Both the position numbers and the translations under genes were made by a program. DNA of 64,000 nucleotides. Source: Eukaryota sp. TZLM1-RC (lineage: Eukaryota; Protista; Metamonada: BaSk clade). Positions 22,585-33,604 of the stretch are shown in pieces. The stretch lies in the NCBI GenBank assembly GCA_040285825.1, contig JAUPSS010000004.1, positions 2,832,550 to 2,896,549 of the forward strand, given 5' to 3'. Below the pieces are notes generated by a model, which ran no database searches, had not been told where the DNA came from, and saw only the letters and a list, made by a program, of their open reading frames with translations. The stretch's first letter is position 1; every line of letters begins with the position of its first letter.

Positions 22585-24927
22585 TTATTTATTAAATTGT
22601 TTCTTCATTTTCTTCATATAAGCAACCAATTTACCTAGTGTTTCATGTTCACTACGCACATTGTTTTCAACAAACAAATCTAATGATGGGGAAAACGGTT
22701 CCACGGTGGCTAAACCAATAGAATCCAAGTGATCAACACAATTAGACAAATCTTGATGAAAATTGGAAGCCCTGTTGTTACCTGCCAAGAAGAAAGGAAA
22801 AACAAAATAAATCAGAATAAAGCAAAAAGAAATTAATTGATGATATTCAAGATTTTGTAATAAGGAAAGGAGCGACATTTCGTGTGAACCAAATTTTGGG
22901 CTAATGGCACTCAGGGGATATGAAAAGAGATCAACAGCTACTGAAGGAGAAAAATTTCGAAACGTCACTGAATAGTCCCGTGCCTGTTCCAAATATCGAC
23001 TTACAAAAAATTCATCAATATCTTCACGTTTCACAATTTTTGAAAGCAAGAGTAATAATTGTTCAAGCAACAGTGTCTCACCAATAGAATTGTCCATGGT
23101 ATTAGGACAAAAATGATTGCAAGAGTGATTTGATTGAAGATTTGATTGGAGGAGACACTTTGGTATCGAGTAATCTCTAATTTCAATCAACTGTTCGGTT
23201 GGGACATCAGGTTTTTCAAAAACAAAATCTTCAGATGAATTTTTCAAAAAATCAATCAAGAGCTTCCAATAATGAGCCCTTCTTAACGCAAGTGAGCCCT
23301 TCACCTTGTCAATCATTGTCAAGAATTCTTCTGATTTATGAACACCACTGCCATTAATTACACTTCTACTTAAGGCCTCAGGACCCTCATCTGAAACAAA
23401 ACCTTGTGCAAATTTCAAAATTTGGTCTAAAGAACTCAACATAATTTCAAAGTCACACCGGAACTTGAAAGAGGAGAATAGTAAAAAGGAAGTGGAAAGT
23501 AATTGAACAAATTTAATATTTAATTTAGAATAAAAAGTTAAAAAACTATCGAGATTGGCACAAATTAAAGAGTAATAAGTGCCATACGCGTTACAAACAC
23601 CTTCAAAAAGTAAACCACTTTCTTCAGAAGTCAGATCATTTTGAACCTTTGATGACGTGTGTTTTTGAACTGCTGCCAAAGCAAGTGATGGTTTTTCCAA
23701 CGAAAAATAGTATGAAACTGGCAGAAAATGTCCTTCAACAATAAGATTTTCTACAAAATCGGGGGAAAACTTGATAATATTATCAGGATTGGTTTTGAGA
23801 GTAAAATAAAGGAAATTCGATTTCTTGGTGAAATTAAACTTGGAAAAATTACATTGATTGAATACTTCAGGGTCGAAAAAATTCGTTGAAATATCAACAA
23901 CATTCAAATTAGAGATCAAGAGGTCAAAATCATCAACCATCATGTTTAAATCATCAATGAAAGAGAAACAATGCTTTTTTACATTTGAAATATACAAGTT
24001 TAAATCACCTTCTGTTTTAGCAATTAATAATTGTTTTTCAAACATTAAACTAGCCAAACTCAGAGTTCTTCGGTGTTGAATTGAGGGTGATGGATCTAAA
24101 GATGTCAAAAAATTAGAAATTTTCAAGCAAAGATCATCAAAAATTTCAATATCATTTGACACTGACGATAAAATCTTAAATAATTCCTGGAAATACAACC
24201 AATTAGGAATTTCATCTCTCCAGGACAATTCAATTAATCTTAGACAATCATTAGCAATCATTCTTGACTGACCTTCCGAATGACGCATCAAGACCACACG
24301 TGTCCATTTGAGATCTCTTTCGTCCACATCATTTTCTAATTGTGATAATACTTTTAAACAATCAATCAAATTGATTGTCCTGAACAGTTTGAGAGCAATT
24401 CTTTTTTCTGCCTGATTCAACTTGGGAAGAATTTTAGATAATAAAGATAACGCTAACTTTCTCAACTTTGGTTTTCTGTTGGATCGAGCTTCCAATAAGT
24501 TGCAGGCGACAACGCCAAAGTAATACGAAATCTTGGACTCAGCCTTATATAGAGTAAGCAAAAGTTTAGAAGCCTCCATATAGTTGCTGCTTCTTATTGA
24601 CATCATGGCCTTCTTCTCTAACACCACAGGATCTTTAGTATCGGACCCATAGAATCGATCATAGAGAGCAATAATGTCAGCGTTACGACCAAGAGGCTTT
24701 AATGCGGCTTCAAATAGTGGTAAGTATGATGGATCATTACATAATGGTAAAGCCAGGTCAATGGCAGATGAAGCTTCTTCTAGATCATGAAGGCGAATGT
24801 GACAAAGAGCTTTTAGTACATGATATTCAAAATTGTTGGGTGAGCGTTGCAAAAGATGTGTAAGTGTCTTGAGCGCCTTTTGAGGTTTATTTTGATTGAG
24901 ATCAGTATAGACGGAAGCCCTTCTCAT
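22585..24927 (-). CDS. NAA25: NatB N-acetyltransferase auxiliary subunit (MDM20/NAA25-like), TPR-rich
   Basis: N-terminal RxVYxxLxxNxPxKALK TPR start and YSKLNIKFVQLLS (cf. LDIKHIQLDS). Confidence 0.65.
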   Translation of the reverse strand: MRRASVYTDLNQNKPQKALKTLTHLLQRSPNNFEYHVLKALCHIRLHDLEEASSAIDLALPLCNDPSYLPLFEAALKPLGRNADIIALYDRFYGSDTKDPVVLEKKAMMSIRSSNYMEASKLLLTLYKAESKISYYFGVVACNLLEARSNRKPKLRKLALSLLSKILPKLNQAEKRIALKLFRTINLIDCLKVLSQLENDVDERDLKWTRVVLMRHSEGQSRMIANDCLRLIELSWRDEIPNWLYFQELFKILSSVSNDIEIFDDLCLKISNFLTSLDPSPSIQHRRTLSLASLMFEKQLLIAKTEGDLNLYISNVKKHCFSFIDDLNMMVDDFDLLISNLNVVDISTNFFDPEVFNQCNFSKFNFTKKSNFLYFTLKTNPDNIIKFSPDFVENLIVEGHFLPVSYYFSLEKPSLALAAVQKHTSSKVQNDLTSEESGLLFEGVCNAYGTYYSLICANLDSFLTFYSKLNIKFVQLLSTSFLLFSSFKFRCDFEIMLSSLDQILKFAQGFVSDEGPEALSRSVINGSGVHKSEEFLTMIDKVKGSLALRRAHYWKLLIDFLKNSSEDFVFEKPDVPTEQLIEIRDYSIPKCLLQSNLQSNHSCNHFCPNTMDNSIGETLLLEQLLLLLSKIVKREDIDEFFVSRYLEQARDYSVTFRNFSPSVAVDLFSYPLSAISPKFGSHEMSLLSLLQNLEYHQLISFCFILIYFVFPFFLAGNNRASNFHQDLSNCVDHLDSIGLATVEPFSPSLDLFVENNVRSEHETLGKLVAYMKKMKKQFNK

Positions 24928-24970
24928 GGAAAGTTATTGTAATCAAAAAATAATTATTGTTTGTGGTTTT

Positions 24971-25400
24971 TTTTAATTTATTTTTATTCAACAACAAATA
25001 TGAAATACACAATTAAAACTCCACATCCTCAAAACCTGCCTCCCCTACATCAAAACAATTAATTGCTAAAGATTCAGAAAATTTCCCAAAAGAAGATAGT
25101 GAATCAGAAATTAGTGTTACCATTCCCTTAAAAATAGAAAATACAATCCTGTTTTGCCAGTAAACACGATTAAAAATTCTTCCAGTTCTTTCCTTTACAA
25201 CTACAACAAAATCCTCAAGGAAAGCCATAGCAGCCTTACCTAGAGATCCAAGCAAAGAAAAAACAAATGGACATAAATTATATTGGGCATGAGAATTTTC
25301 ATTAACCGAGGAAATGGGTTTCGCATATTTAGCAATTTTATATTTTTCTCCTGCAAGAAGAGGATTATTTACATCCGAGTTAATGAAATGTTCGTTAGAG
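24971..25400 (-). mobile_element. 3' fragment of CRE-like family 2 inserted at the right end of Fanzor C
   Basis: LCPFVFSLLGSLG..FNRVYWQNRIVFSIFKG and A-rich tail. Exact 12-bp TSD GTTTGTGGTTTT at 24959-24970 and 25408-25419. Confidence 0.88.
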
Positions 25401-25407
25401 GAATTAC

Positions 25408-25578
25408 GTTTGTGGTTTTCATTTGAAATGCATACTTTCATCAAGCATCATTCAAATTTATTCCAAGAACTTACATTCTTGGTGAGATCGACCACAGACG
25501 TTCTAGAAATTTCGAATAATTGGCCACCAATCTCAGTGAGCCCATTTCTCCTCTAGAACAATACATAGCTTTGAAGCT
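25408..25578 (-). ncRNA. Candidate omega-RNA / right end of Fanzor C
   Basis: Shares CTTCAAA..GTATT, GTCGATC and AAAGTATGCATT..GAAAACC(T)CACA with the tail of Fanzor D. Perfect hairpin CCAAGAA-TGTAAG-TTCTTGG. Confidence 0.6.
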
Positions 25579-26480
25579 TTAGTTTCTTTGTGGTCTCTAG
25601 AACTCTTCTGGTCTTCTTCCATATTAGTGCTCACTAATTGCAATTTCTAGTTGATTTAGGGATGCAGAAATGTCTCTAGATAAACTTGATTACATTCTGG
25701 ACAACTGAAATAGGCGTTGTGAACTTTAACTTCACCATCAACAGCTCAAAATATATTTTGGTGCAGCATCTTGCAGCAGTTCACCTTTGCAGATGTCATA
25801 TATTCATCTCCGATCTTCACATTAGCAAATGAACATTGTAACAACTTGAGAAACACCTTACGTGGTGTTTTCACTTTTTGTCGTGATGTACCAACACCTC
25901 CATTGCCAAACCACACCCTTACTTCTCCACCGTCTGCAAATTGTTTCACTTTGTTGATAATTGAGCTGAATCTTGTTTGTTTTCTTATAAAGAAGTCAAA
26001 TGTGTTTCTCATCAATGCTTTTCGAGCACTCAGATATAATTGCTGCTTTAGCAATGAACGTCTTACGGTTACCTTCATGGTCCTTATAGTCACCGATAGT
26101 TTATATTTCAAGCAGATAATGGTTCAATTTCTGCACGTCATCAACATCTATTGATGTGTGGGTCAGTGAAGCGGAGTGATTGATTTTTTGTTGCTTTGGT
26201 GCCAAGAAGATATTGGATACGGTCGGCCCTGAACGTGCTCCAATGCTGGAACCACATACATTTGAGTGGTTGGCGTCGATGGCCCAGAACACCATTTCCG
26301 TCTCATCATCAGGCGCCTACCACTCAATAGCTTTTGGTTTCTGGCGAGGTCTTGGTCGTTCAACCTTGGCTTGCAAGCTATGTTTTCTATTCCGAGTGGT
26401 TTCGTATGTTTTAACCAATTTTTCCCTCAATCTTCACTGCTTTAGATTGGCATACGCCATGCTATTCAATGCACAATACA
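25579..26480 (-). pseudogene. Fanzor/TnpB-like nuclease pseudogene 'C' (divergent subfamily)
   Basis: RuvC-I VFWAIDANHSN, VRVWFGNGG..RQKVKTPRK, RuvC-II GDEYMTSAKVNCC, YFSCPEC, RuvC-III SRDISASLNQLEIA, RRPEEF*RPQ. Confidence 0.82.
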
Positions 26481-26619
26481 GCTGATCATGCTATTGACGA
26501 AGCCCTGTCAACCATTACTGAGCTGTGTTCCTTTACCTTTGACTTTACTTTTGAGCTTTATTTCCAGAAACTAAAATATTTGCTAATATATTTTTTTATT
26601 TACTGTATTTTAAACTCAA

Positions 26620-26940
26620 TTTTTTTAATAAACTTGCACACTCAATAAAATAAACTCATAACTAATGGGACGAAATTCATTGAACCAAGATTTCCTCTAC
26701 AAAATCTTGGTCTGCTTGCTGTCTAGCTAAAGCTTCTCTTATTCGATTCAAAAACCGAGGTAATCTAATAATATAGGCAAATTGAATCCGAGAACGCAAT
26801 CAACAATATCAAATCTTTTCATTGTTTCTTGTTGATCAATTTTTTGGAAGTCATTCAAAAAAGTTTCTGCTTCAACTGATAATCTTCCATTTATCGAAAA
26901 TGGGAAAGCAATAAAAACTAGCTTTGTATTTCTACCAGCA
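26620..26940 (-). mobile_element. 3' end of CRE-like family 1
   Basis: RNTKLVFIAFPFSINGRLSVEAETF plus the conserved family-1 3' UTR (TCGTCCCATTAGTTATGAG). Confidence 0.85.
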
Positions 26941-28694
26941 ATAAAGGAATTCAATTGTGAAATTTTACGAATTTATTGAATCTAAAAACACCCTTGTTTA
27001 AACGAACAACTGCTTTGACTAACAAAGATTTCATCAAATTTCACATCAGTTTACTAATTTTAGAAAAAAAAATGTTTGCAGCAGGTTCAGTATCTATTAT
27101 AAATGTGTCTATAAATCAGTTTGTCCAGGTTATATTTTTTTGTGGATGTAAAAAGTTGAAAATAAACCAATTTTTAAAAGTAACTAAAACGAGAAATCAA
27201 TCATTTTTGATTGTCTGTACAACCGTCCGTTTTCAGGAAGGTCTATGCAGTCATGGAAACGTGCCTGCTCCGTACATCAGTTCTTTTAGTGGCCAGGTGT
27301 GTGATTATATTGATGGACAGCTGACGAAGCTGACCAGAGTTTTTGCCTGCGCTTCCATAAAGATAGTCATTTTCTGACTCAGCATCAATTCTGGATCCAG
27401 TGTCTTGTCCTTGTGGCGGCCTCTAAGCCAAAAGTCAGACATCCATTCAACAGAGCTGGCAAAGTTTATGTGTATGAGAAGCTCGAGTGAATCTCTACAT
27501 CATGGCCGCTGGATTCTGCCATTAGCGTGAGGATGTTGGTCGATAAAATGATCAGACAGTCAACAATAAAATTTCATTTCTTTATTCACAACTTTTCTGT
27601 TACCATTAATTTGTGTTTGAAAAGACATGTTGTATTTTGTGAATAAAATGCGTCATCATCTTTGTATAACATCTCTTTAATTCAACTAGATTGGTGGATA
27701 GAAAATTGAAAATTTAAGGTCACAAATTTGTTGTGAGAAAATTGCCAAAACAGTAAGTAATTGAATGTTGTTAAATCAAAATTATTATTTGACTATGAAC
27801 AAAAGAATGAAGAGAGTTCATTAGAAGACAAAGCAAACAATTTTTGACGAAAACTAATGGAATGAATATTGAAATTGTCTTTCGAAATTGGAAGTAATCA
27901 GCGAGATTTCAAAGGCAATCAATTTTGCAACTGCTTAATAATTCAACTGAAAATGGTAACTACAACAAAAAATACAATAACATAGAAAGTTTATGTCCTC
28001 AAAACAATTGAGATGGTTATCAGTGCCAATTTACTTTAACACCAAATACAAGGATATTGACCATATATATTTAAAAATGTCAAAAATTGTAAACTAAAAC
28101 CTGATTCGTTGAAAAGACCTGTCAAAAAGCTTATTTACATGGTTTCTACTTCATAATGAAAGTGAGTCATCCTTGATAAAAAAAGGTCACCAAATCTTCT
28201 CACAATAGAAAAACAAATGGAAAAGTGTATTGAATAGTGTCTTCTTCATGATTTCGACATGATTTGTTCATAATTCTCGATCGTTGTATTTTCAGCATAT
28301 TTTAATTGAGCGAAATTATTGTTTTGCTGCAACTTCTTGGTGGATGGGCTGCACAAATTGATTAAAAACCAATAAGATTACAATTTGGTCTTTAAAGTAA
28401 AGGTTATGCATTCAAGACCAAATAGACATCAAATTTATTAAGTCTTGGAGGCTGATTAATCAACATAGACAACAAATGATGTTCAGGGTTTATATTTTCC
28501 ATGATTAATATGACATTGCTAATTGACGATTGTATTTGAAACCTCTATGAAAACATCACTTCTTCTGTGAATTTCGTCTTTTAAAAGATTGAAAGAATTT
28601 TACTCTGATTATTAGTTTTTGTCAATATATTTCTTCCAATTAACGAATTTTTCCAAAATTTCAATAGGATTAAATTTCCTATGAAGAATTTCCT

Positions 28695-29594
28695 ATGACA
28701 GTTTTCAGTGAATTGGCCACTGTTTTTCCTGTTCTTGAACAGTACTTCATCAAAGCTTCAGGTGCTGTACCTACCAGGGAAACAGCTGAAAAGACAAGAT
28801 CAAAGCTTCAATCTCTTGGATTCGATGCTAGTTACATGGGAGATGACGAATTATGCTCCACTTTCGTTCACCGCGATGCTACTGATCAGCATCTCGTCCT
28901 CACTAAACACGGACACTTTGACTATCGCTCCAATTTGGAGAAATATGACTGGAACAAGCGTCCATGGACCGAATTTCGGGATCTAGAAATTGCCTTCTAT
29001 ACCTACGATGAGTGCCTTTCCTTTAGGAAGACTTTTGGAGAGTCTGGACTAAGAAATCCATTAGTATCCTACATCATTACCTTGTTGAATCAACTTGGAG
29101 ATGAGACACCGTTTGATGACGATCTTTCGTACAATGATTATGTAGAGTTTGTCATTAATAGGTCAAAAGCCTTCGGAAACCATCCTCGACTCAGAAGTTA
29201 CGTTACTGCTTTACAGACACAGTGGGTTGATATGGAGGTAGTGGGTGAACCATATTATCAATTCTTCTATCTCATCTTTGAGCTCTTGTATGTACGCAAG
29301 GATTCAGCTCACGTTCGTTCTAAAGTAAGTGAATGCGGTGAAGATTTAATGTCACTAATTGCTTGCACTACCTTATCCCAAGAAGCCCAGAATATCCTTA
29401 CTACCTTTATTCTAGCATATTTTCCTCTTATGGGATCGCGAAACAATGACCGCCACACTCAAATACAGACAGTGCTGAGAAAATCTGATTTCTGCAAGTT
29501 GAAAGGTGTACCAAAAGTACAACACTATCGACCAGGAAGGTATATGCCTGTTAAGATGTTCTATGGTTTGTACAATAGTGTAATAAATTGTTAA
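28695..29594 (+). CDS. Hypothetical protein (299 aa)
   Basis: Intact ORF with host-gene-like GC content. No recognisable motif. Confidence 0.65.
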   Translation: MTVFSELATVFPVLEQYFIKASGAVPTRETAEKTRSKLQSLGFDASYMGDDELCSTFVHRDATDQHLVLTKHGHFDYRSNLEKYDWNKRPWTEFRDLEIAFYTYDECLSFRKTFGESGLRNPLVSYIITLLNQLGDETPFDDDLSYNDYVEFVINRSKAFGNHPRLRSYVTALQTQWVDMEVVGEPYYQFFYLIFELLYVRKDSAHVRSKVSECGEDLMSLIACTTLSQEAQNILTTFILAYFPLMGSRNNDRHTQIQTVLRKSDFCKLKGVPKVQHYRPGRYMPVKMFYGLYNSVINC

Positions 29595-30019
29595 AGATAG
29601 GTGGATAGTTAATGTATTTGGTAAACAGCTAATCTTGGGCTATTTATTTGAAAGTTGAACCAAACTTAATCAGATACATTAGACATATTTCTCTAACACC
29701 ATGTTTACTTACAATTTTCCCTACCTTTTTGGCAAAGATTATCATCTAACATGCAATTCTTAGTAAAAAATAGAAAGTTCAAAATGGTTTCGTTTCAACA
29801 GTAGAACTTGACTTTTTTATAGAAAATTGTAAACAAAGGTTGGGATTAACCAAAGTTTCTATTGAAAGAAAAAAAGAATTTGCTCAAATGTTAGAACAAA
29901 TCAAAACTACTGAATTGTGGTAAAATGATAATAAAGAATTTCTGTTTGAACATCTACAACAAGTAATCCGTATTCTTGTTGAAATGAGAATGCGCTTCTT
30001 TCATCATCAATTCCAGTAT

Positions 30020-30965
30020 ACTGACGAAGAATCTCCAATAAAAATTGTAAATAAAGGAATAAATAGAACAATCAAGGACCAAGACAAGCTTACTTTGATT
30101 TCTAAGTGTGTTCACAAGAACCACTTAACTACTGTCAGAAGAACATCCTTCCTTAAATGTTTTTTACTGTGCCAATATGAAAATTCTGAGTATAGAAAGT
30201 TAGAGATTGATTTGATGAATGGTTATGATTTTGATGTCCTTCAGATTGAAGAAGCATTTTCCACAATCGAAACTGTGTCTTCAATGAATGAATACGACTA
30301 TGATGCGTATTTCGATTTTAATGATTTCTCAATTCAACTACCACATTTAAGCGAATCAATTAAATTGACACCAAATAAATTACCCATAAGGCGGATGTTC
30401 GTCGCAAAGTCAGACGAAGACATATGAGATTTAAAACTATCAAAGATTGAAGCCGAAAAAGTAATGGGAGATATGGGTATTGCGAATTACCCTTTGAAAC
30501 AGAAAAATTGCTTTAATCACCTGAATTTCTTTCGTCTAATGCTACAAAATCTTGATAATGAGCTTGGTCAAAGAAAGATTCAATTTCCAGATAATACATC
30601 AATGAATCGAGTGTAGCACTACACAGCCAAACAAATTGCCATCAATTATGGCATTAGTTTCCGCAAAGACTTTCATGAATACGTTTTGCGGTGGTTAAAC
30701 ATGATCACCTCAAAATAGTTCATTGAACAATTTAATCAAAAGAAGCTTACTAGAAAAATTGATTTTCAACAAGAATGGGATAAACAGTAGGATTCACTTG
30801 AAGAAAAAGAAAAATCAACACCGTGGGGTTTAGTGAAGTGTCAGACGTGCAGCCCGGATTGGAATAGAGACTTCAACTCTGCCATAAATATATCCCATTA
30901 TAACATCTGCAATCAAGGGTGAAGGTAGACCATCCATTTTCGTGAGACCAAAAACAGCATGCAAA
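30020..30965 (+). pseudogene. Internally deleted Fanzor1-type pseudogene 'B'
   Basis: N-term IKIVNKGINRTIKD..LTLISKCVHKNH..FLKCFLLCQYE; HYTAKQIAINYGISFRKDFHEYVLRWLN (~30615-30705, parallel to A's YTIDKLIVNFKNNIQEHY); then jumps to C-term GLVKCQTCSPDWNRDFNSAINI..GEGRPSIFVRPK (30825-30955). RuvC-I and RuvC-II are deleted. Confidence 0.78.
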
Positions 30966-31015
30966 CAAATTATTTACAACATCCTATTCACTATTTACCT
31001 ATTGACCATTTTTCT

Positions 31016-33604
31016 ATGCCTTTTGAAGTTCCTGATCAAGCTGGAATCTTTGTTTGGAGAATCGACAACTTTGATGTTGTTCCGGAAGAGTTTACAGCCT
31101 CTGACCGCCTCTGTCTTTACGAAGGGGACTGTTATATCATTCTTTATGTCTCTGCCAACTTCAGAGAACGCCATATATTCTACTGGTTGGGAGCCGAGTC
31201 CACCCAAGACGAAAAAGGTACTGCAGCTCTCAAAACCGTCGAACTAGACGATGAACTTGGAGGTGACCCTATTCAACATCGCGAGTGCCAATTCCATGAA
31301 TCCCCTCTCTTCACAAACCTGTTCGTAAATGGTATCGAATACCTTCCCGGTGAAGCTTCTGTCTCGGCCTTTACAAAGGTTGAACGTGATGTTTATGAAC
31401 CTCGACTCCTCCACCTAAAAGGCCGCCGTCGTATTAAGGTTCGCCAAGTCCCTCTTGCTTGTTCCTCGCTCAATGTAGGTGATGTCTTTGTTCTAGATCT
31501 TGGCTTAACACTTTATCAATGGAATGGTAGAGAAAGCTCTCGTTTGGAGAGAGCCAAAGGTCTGGACATCACAATGAAAATCAAGGATGAAGAAAGGAGC
31601 GGAAGACCAATCATTCACATCATTGAAGACGGTCAAGAGGATTCTATTGAAGAGGAGGTGTTGGAAACCTTCTGGGGGTCACTCGAGGGCACGAAGGATG
31701 ACGTGCTTACTGCCGAAGAAGGTGGTGATGATGACGAGGTCGAGAAGCTTGCCAGTACCGAAACCAAACTCTATCACGTTTGCGATGAATCTGGAACCCT
31801 TGAATGCAACTTGGTAGATACTTCTAATGGTCTTGTGAGGGAACTACTCGATGAAGACGATTGCTTTATCCTAGATCTTGGCTCTGAACTCTATGTTTGG
31901 GTTGGGAGGGGATCTACAAAACAGGAAAAGCAAGGTTCTATGCAATTTGCTGAAGATTTCTTGGTGCAACATAATAGGAGCCCTGCTACCCCTATCACAA
32001 GAGTAATTCAGGACGGTGAAACTCCCTTGTTCAAGGATCAGTTCAAAAATTGGGTCAGAAATGACGTGACTAATATTGACTTTTCTAAAAATAGATTGAA
32101 GGAACTAACAGGTCAAGGGAAGTCGGTTGAATTGAAGGATATTGATATTGATGAAGTCATCTCCGCGGAAGCTTCACGTCATGAAAGTCAAATCCATCAA
32201 ATGGATGAGGGGTCAAAAAAACTGAAAATTTGGCGAATCGAAAATTTGAGACGTGTCGAAATCCCCGAGGAAATCTATGGTTCTTTCTACAGTGGTGATT
32301 CTTATATCGTCATGCTTTCCTATACCAGAAAAAACCGTCCATATTGCTACCTCTACTACTACCAAGGAAGAAATTCAACTCGAGATGAAACCACTGCTTC
32401 GGCTTTTCTCACTGTGGCATTAGGTGACGAGCTCAGTGATATTGAGCCGACCCAGGTCAGGGTGGTTCAGAACAAAGAACCTGTCGATTTTATCAATATT
32501 TTCGATGGTAAAATGATCGTTAAGCTTGGTGACTGGGATACTCCTGATGAAGAACGAGAATCTATTTGCCTTTACCATGTTCGAGGTACTACTAGTTTTG
32601 ACACTAGAGCGGTTCAAGTCCCTACTGATGCTGCTAACCTCAACAGTGGAGATGGTTTTGTTGTTCATGATACTATTAATAGTAAGGTTTATGTTTGGTT
32701 AGGTTCAGGATGTAATGAAGCAGAAGAAGAGGTTGCTTTGAAGATTGGTAAAGTATTTGATCAAGAGATGATTGTGGTTAAGGAAGGTGAAGAAGATGAG
32801 GAATTTTGGTCTTGTTTAGGAGGTAAAAAAGAGTATGCTTCTGGTAGAGAACTCGAGCTTCAAGGTGATGTTCCTTCTCGGTTGTTCCAATGTTCAGATG
32901 CTTTGGGTTCATGGCGGGTTGAAGAAATTAATAACTTCTGCCAAGATGATCTCGTCAGTGATGATGTCATGATTCTGGACACCTTTCATACTGTTTTTGT
33001 CTGGGTCGGGAAAGGATCAACTGATAATGAAAAAGAAAAATCTGTTGAAAGTGCCGAAAAGTATATCAAGTCTGTTAATGATGGCAGGAGTGAAGATACC
33101 CCCATTGTAAAAGTTTTTGAAGGTTCAGAACCTCCTATTTTTACATCGCATTTCATTGGTTGGCAAGAGAAAACTATTGCTGAATTTGTTGATCCATATG
33201 AAGAACGATTGGCTAAACTTCGGGAACGTAAGCAAAGTGCTCCTGGTTTTGCCCAGGTTGCCAAAGAAAAGAAAGAATCATTTGTTGATCCTTTGGCTAA
33301 TAAAACGCCCAAAAAACAGACAGACAAGGAAGCTGAATTCCTTTCACAAACTAAAGTTAAGCTCGTTACTGAACGGGAAGGTAATACCACCCCCTCTGTT
33401 AATCTTACTAGTGCAAAGGACACAATTCCTCCTAAAACATTGGCCAAATTGACCAATTTACCTGATGAATTTGATAGAACTTGTCTGGAAAGTTATCTAG
33501 ATGATGAGGCCTTTGCTAAAGAATTTGGAATGTCCAAGGGTGAGTTCTATGCATTGCCAAAGTGGAAGCAAGTGCGAAAAAAGAAGGAAACTGGTTTCTT
33601 TTAA
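31016..33604 (+). CDS. Villin (gelsolin repeats + headpiece)
   Basis: GIFVWRID, YEGDCYIIL, SLNVGDVFVLD, LNSGDGF and headpiece FYALPKWKQVRKKKETGFF. Start placed at MPFEVP (31016). Confidence 0.93.
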   Translation: MPFEVPDQAGIFVWRIDNFDVVPEEFTASDRLCLYEGDCYIILYVSANFRERHIFYWLGAESTQDEKGTAALKTVELDDELGGDPIQHRECQFHESPLFTNLFVNGIEYLPGEASVSAFTKVERDVYEPRLLHLKGRRRIKVRQVPLACSSLNVGDVFVLDLGLTLYQWNGRESSRLERAKGLDITMKIKDEERSGRPIIHIIEDGQEDSIEEEVLETFWGSLEGTKDDVLTAEEGGDDDEVEKLASTETKLYHVCDESGTLECNLVDTSNGLVRELLDEDDCFILDLGSELYVWVGRGSTKQEKQGSMQFAEDFLVQHNRSPATPITRVIQDGETPLFKDQFKNWVRNDVTNIDFSKNRLKELTGQGKSVELKDIDIDEVISAEASRHESQIHQMDEGSKKLKIWRIENLRRVEIPEEIYGSFYSGDSYIVMLSYTRKNRPYCYLYYYQGRNSTRDETTASAFLTVALGDELSDIEPTQVRVVQNKEPVDFINIFDGKMIVKLGDWDTPDEERESICLYHVRGTTSFDTRAVQVPTDAANLNSGDGFVVHDTINSKVYVWLGSGCNEAEEEVALKIGKVFDQEMIVVKEGEEDEEFWSCLGGKKEYASGRELELQGDVPSRLFQCSDALGSWRVEEINNFCQDDLVSDDVMILDTFHTVFVWVGKGSTDNEKEKSVESAEKYIKSVNDGRSEDTPIVKVFEGSEPPIFTSHFIGWQEKTIAEFVDPYEERLAKLRERKQSAPGFAQVAKEKKESFVDPLANKTPKKQTDKEAEFLSQTKVKLVTEREGNTTPSVNLTSAKDTIPPKTLAKLTNLPDEFDRTCLESYLDDEAFAKEFGMSKGEFYALPKWKQVRKKKETGFF

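Noticed and set aside
28230-28690. Possible Fanzor tail upstream of the 28695 gene (GGTTATGCATTCAA, GAAAACATCAC, ILDR)
   Set aside because: Short matches, not contiguous as in C/D, and compatible with chance in AT-rich DNA.
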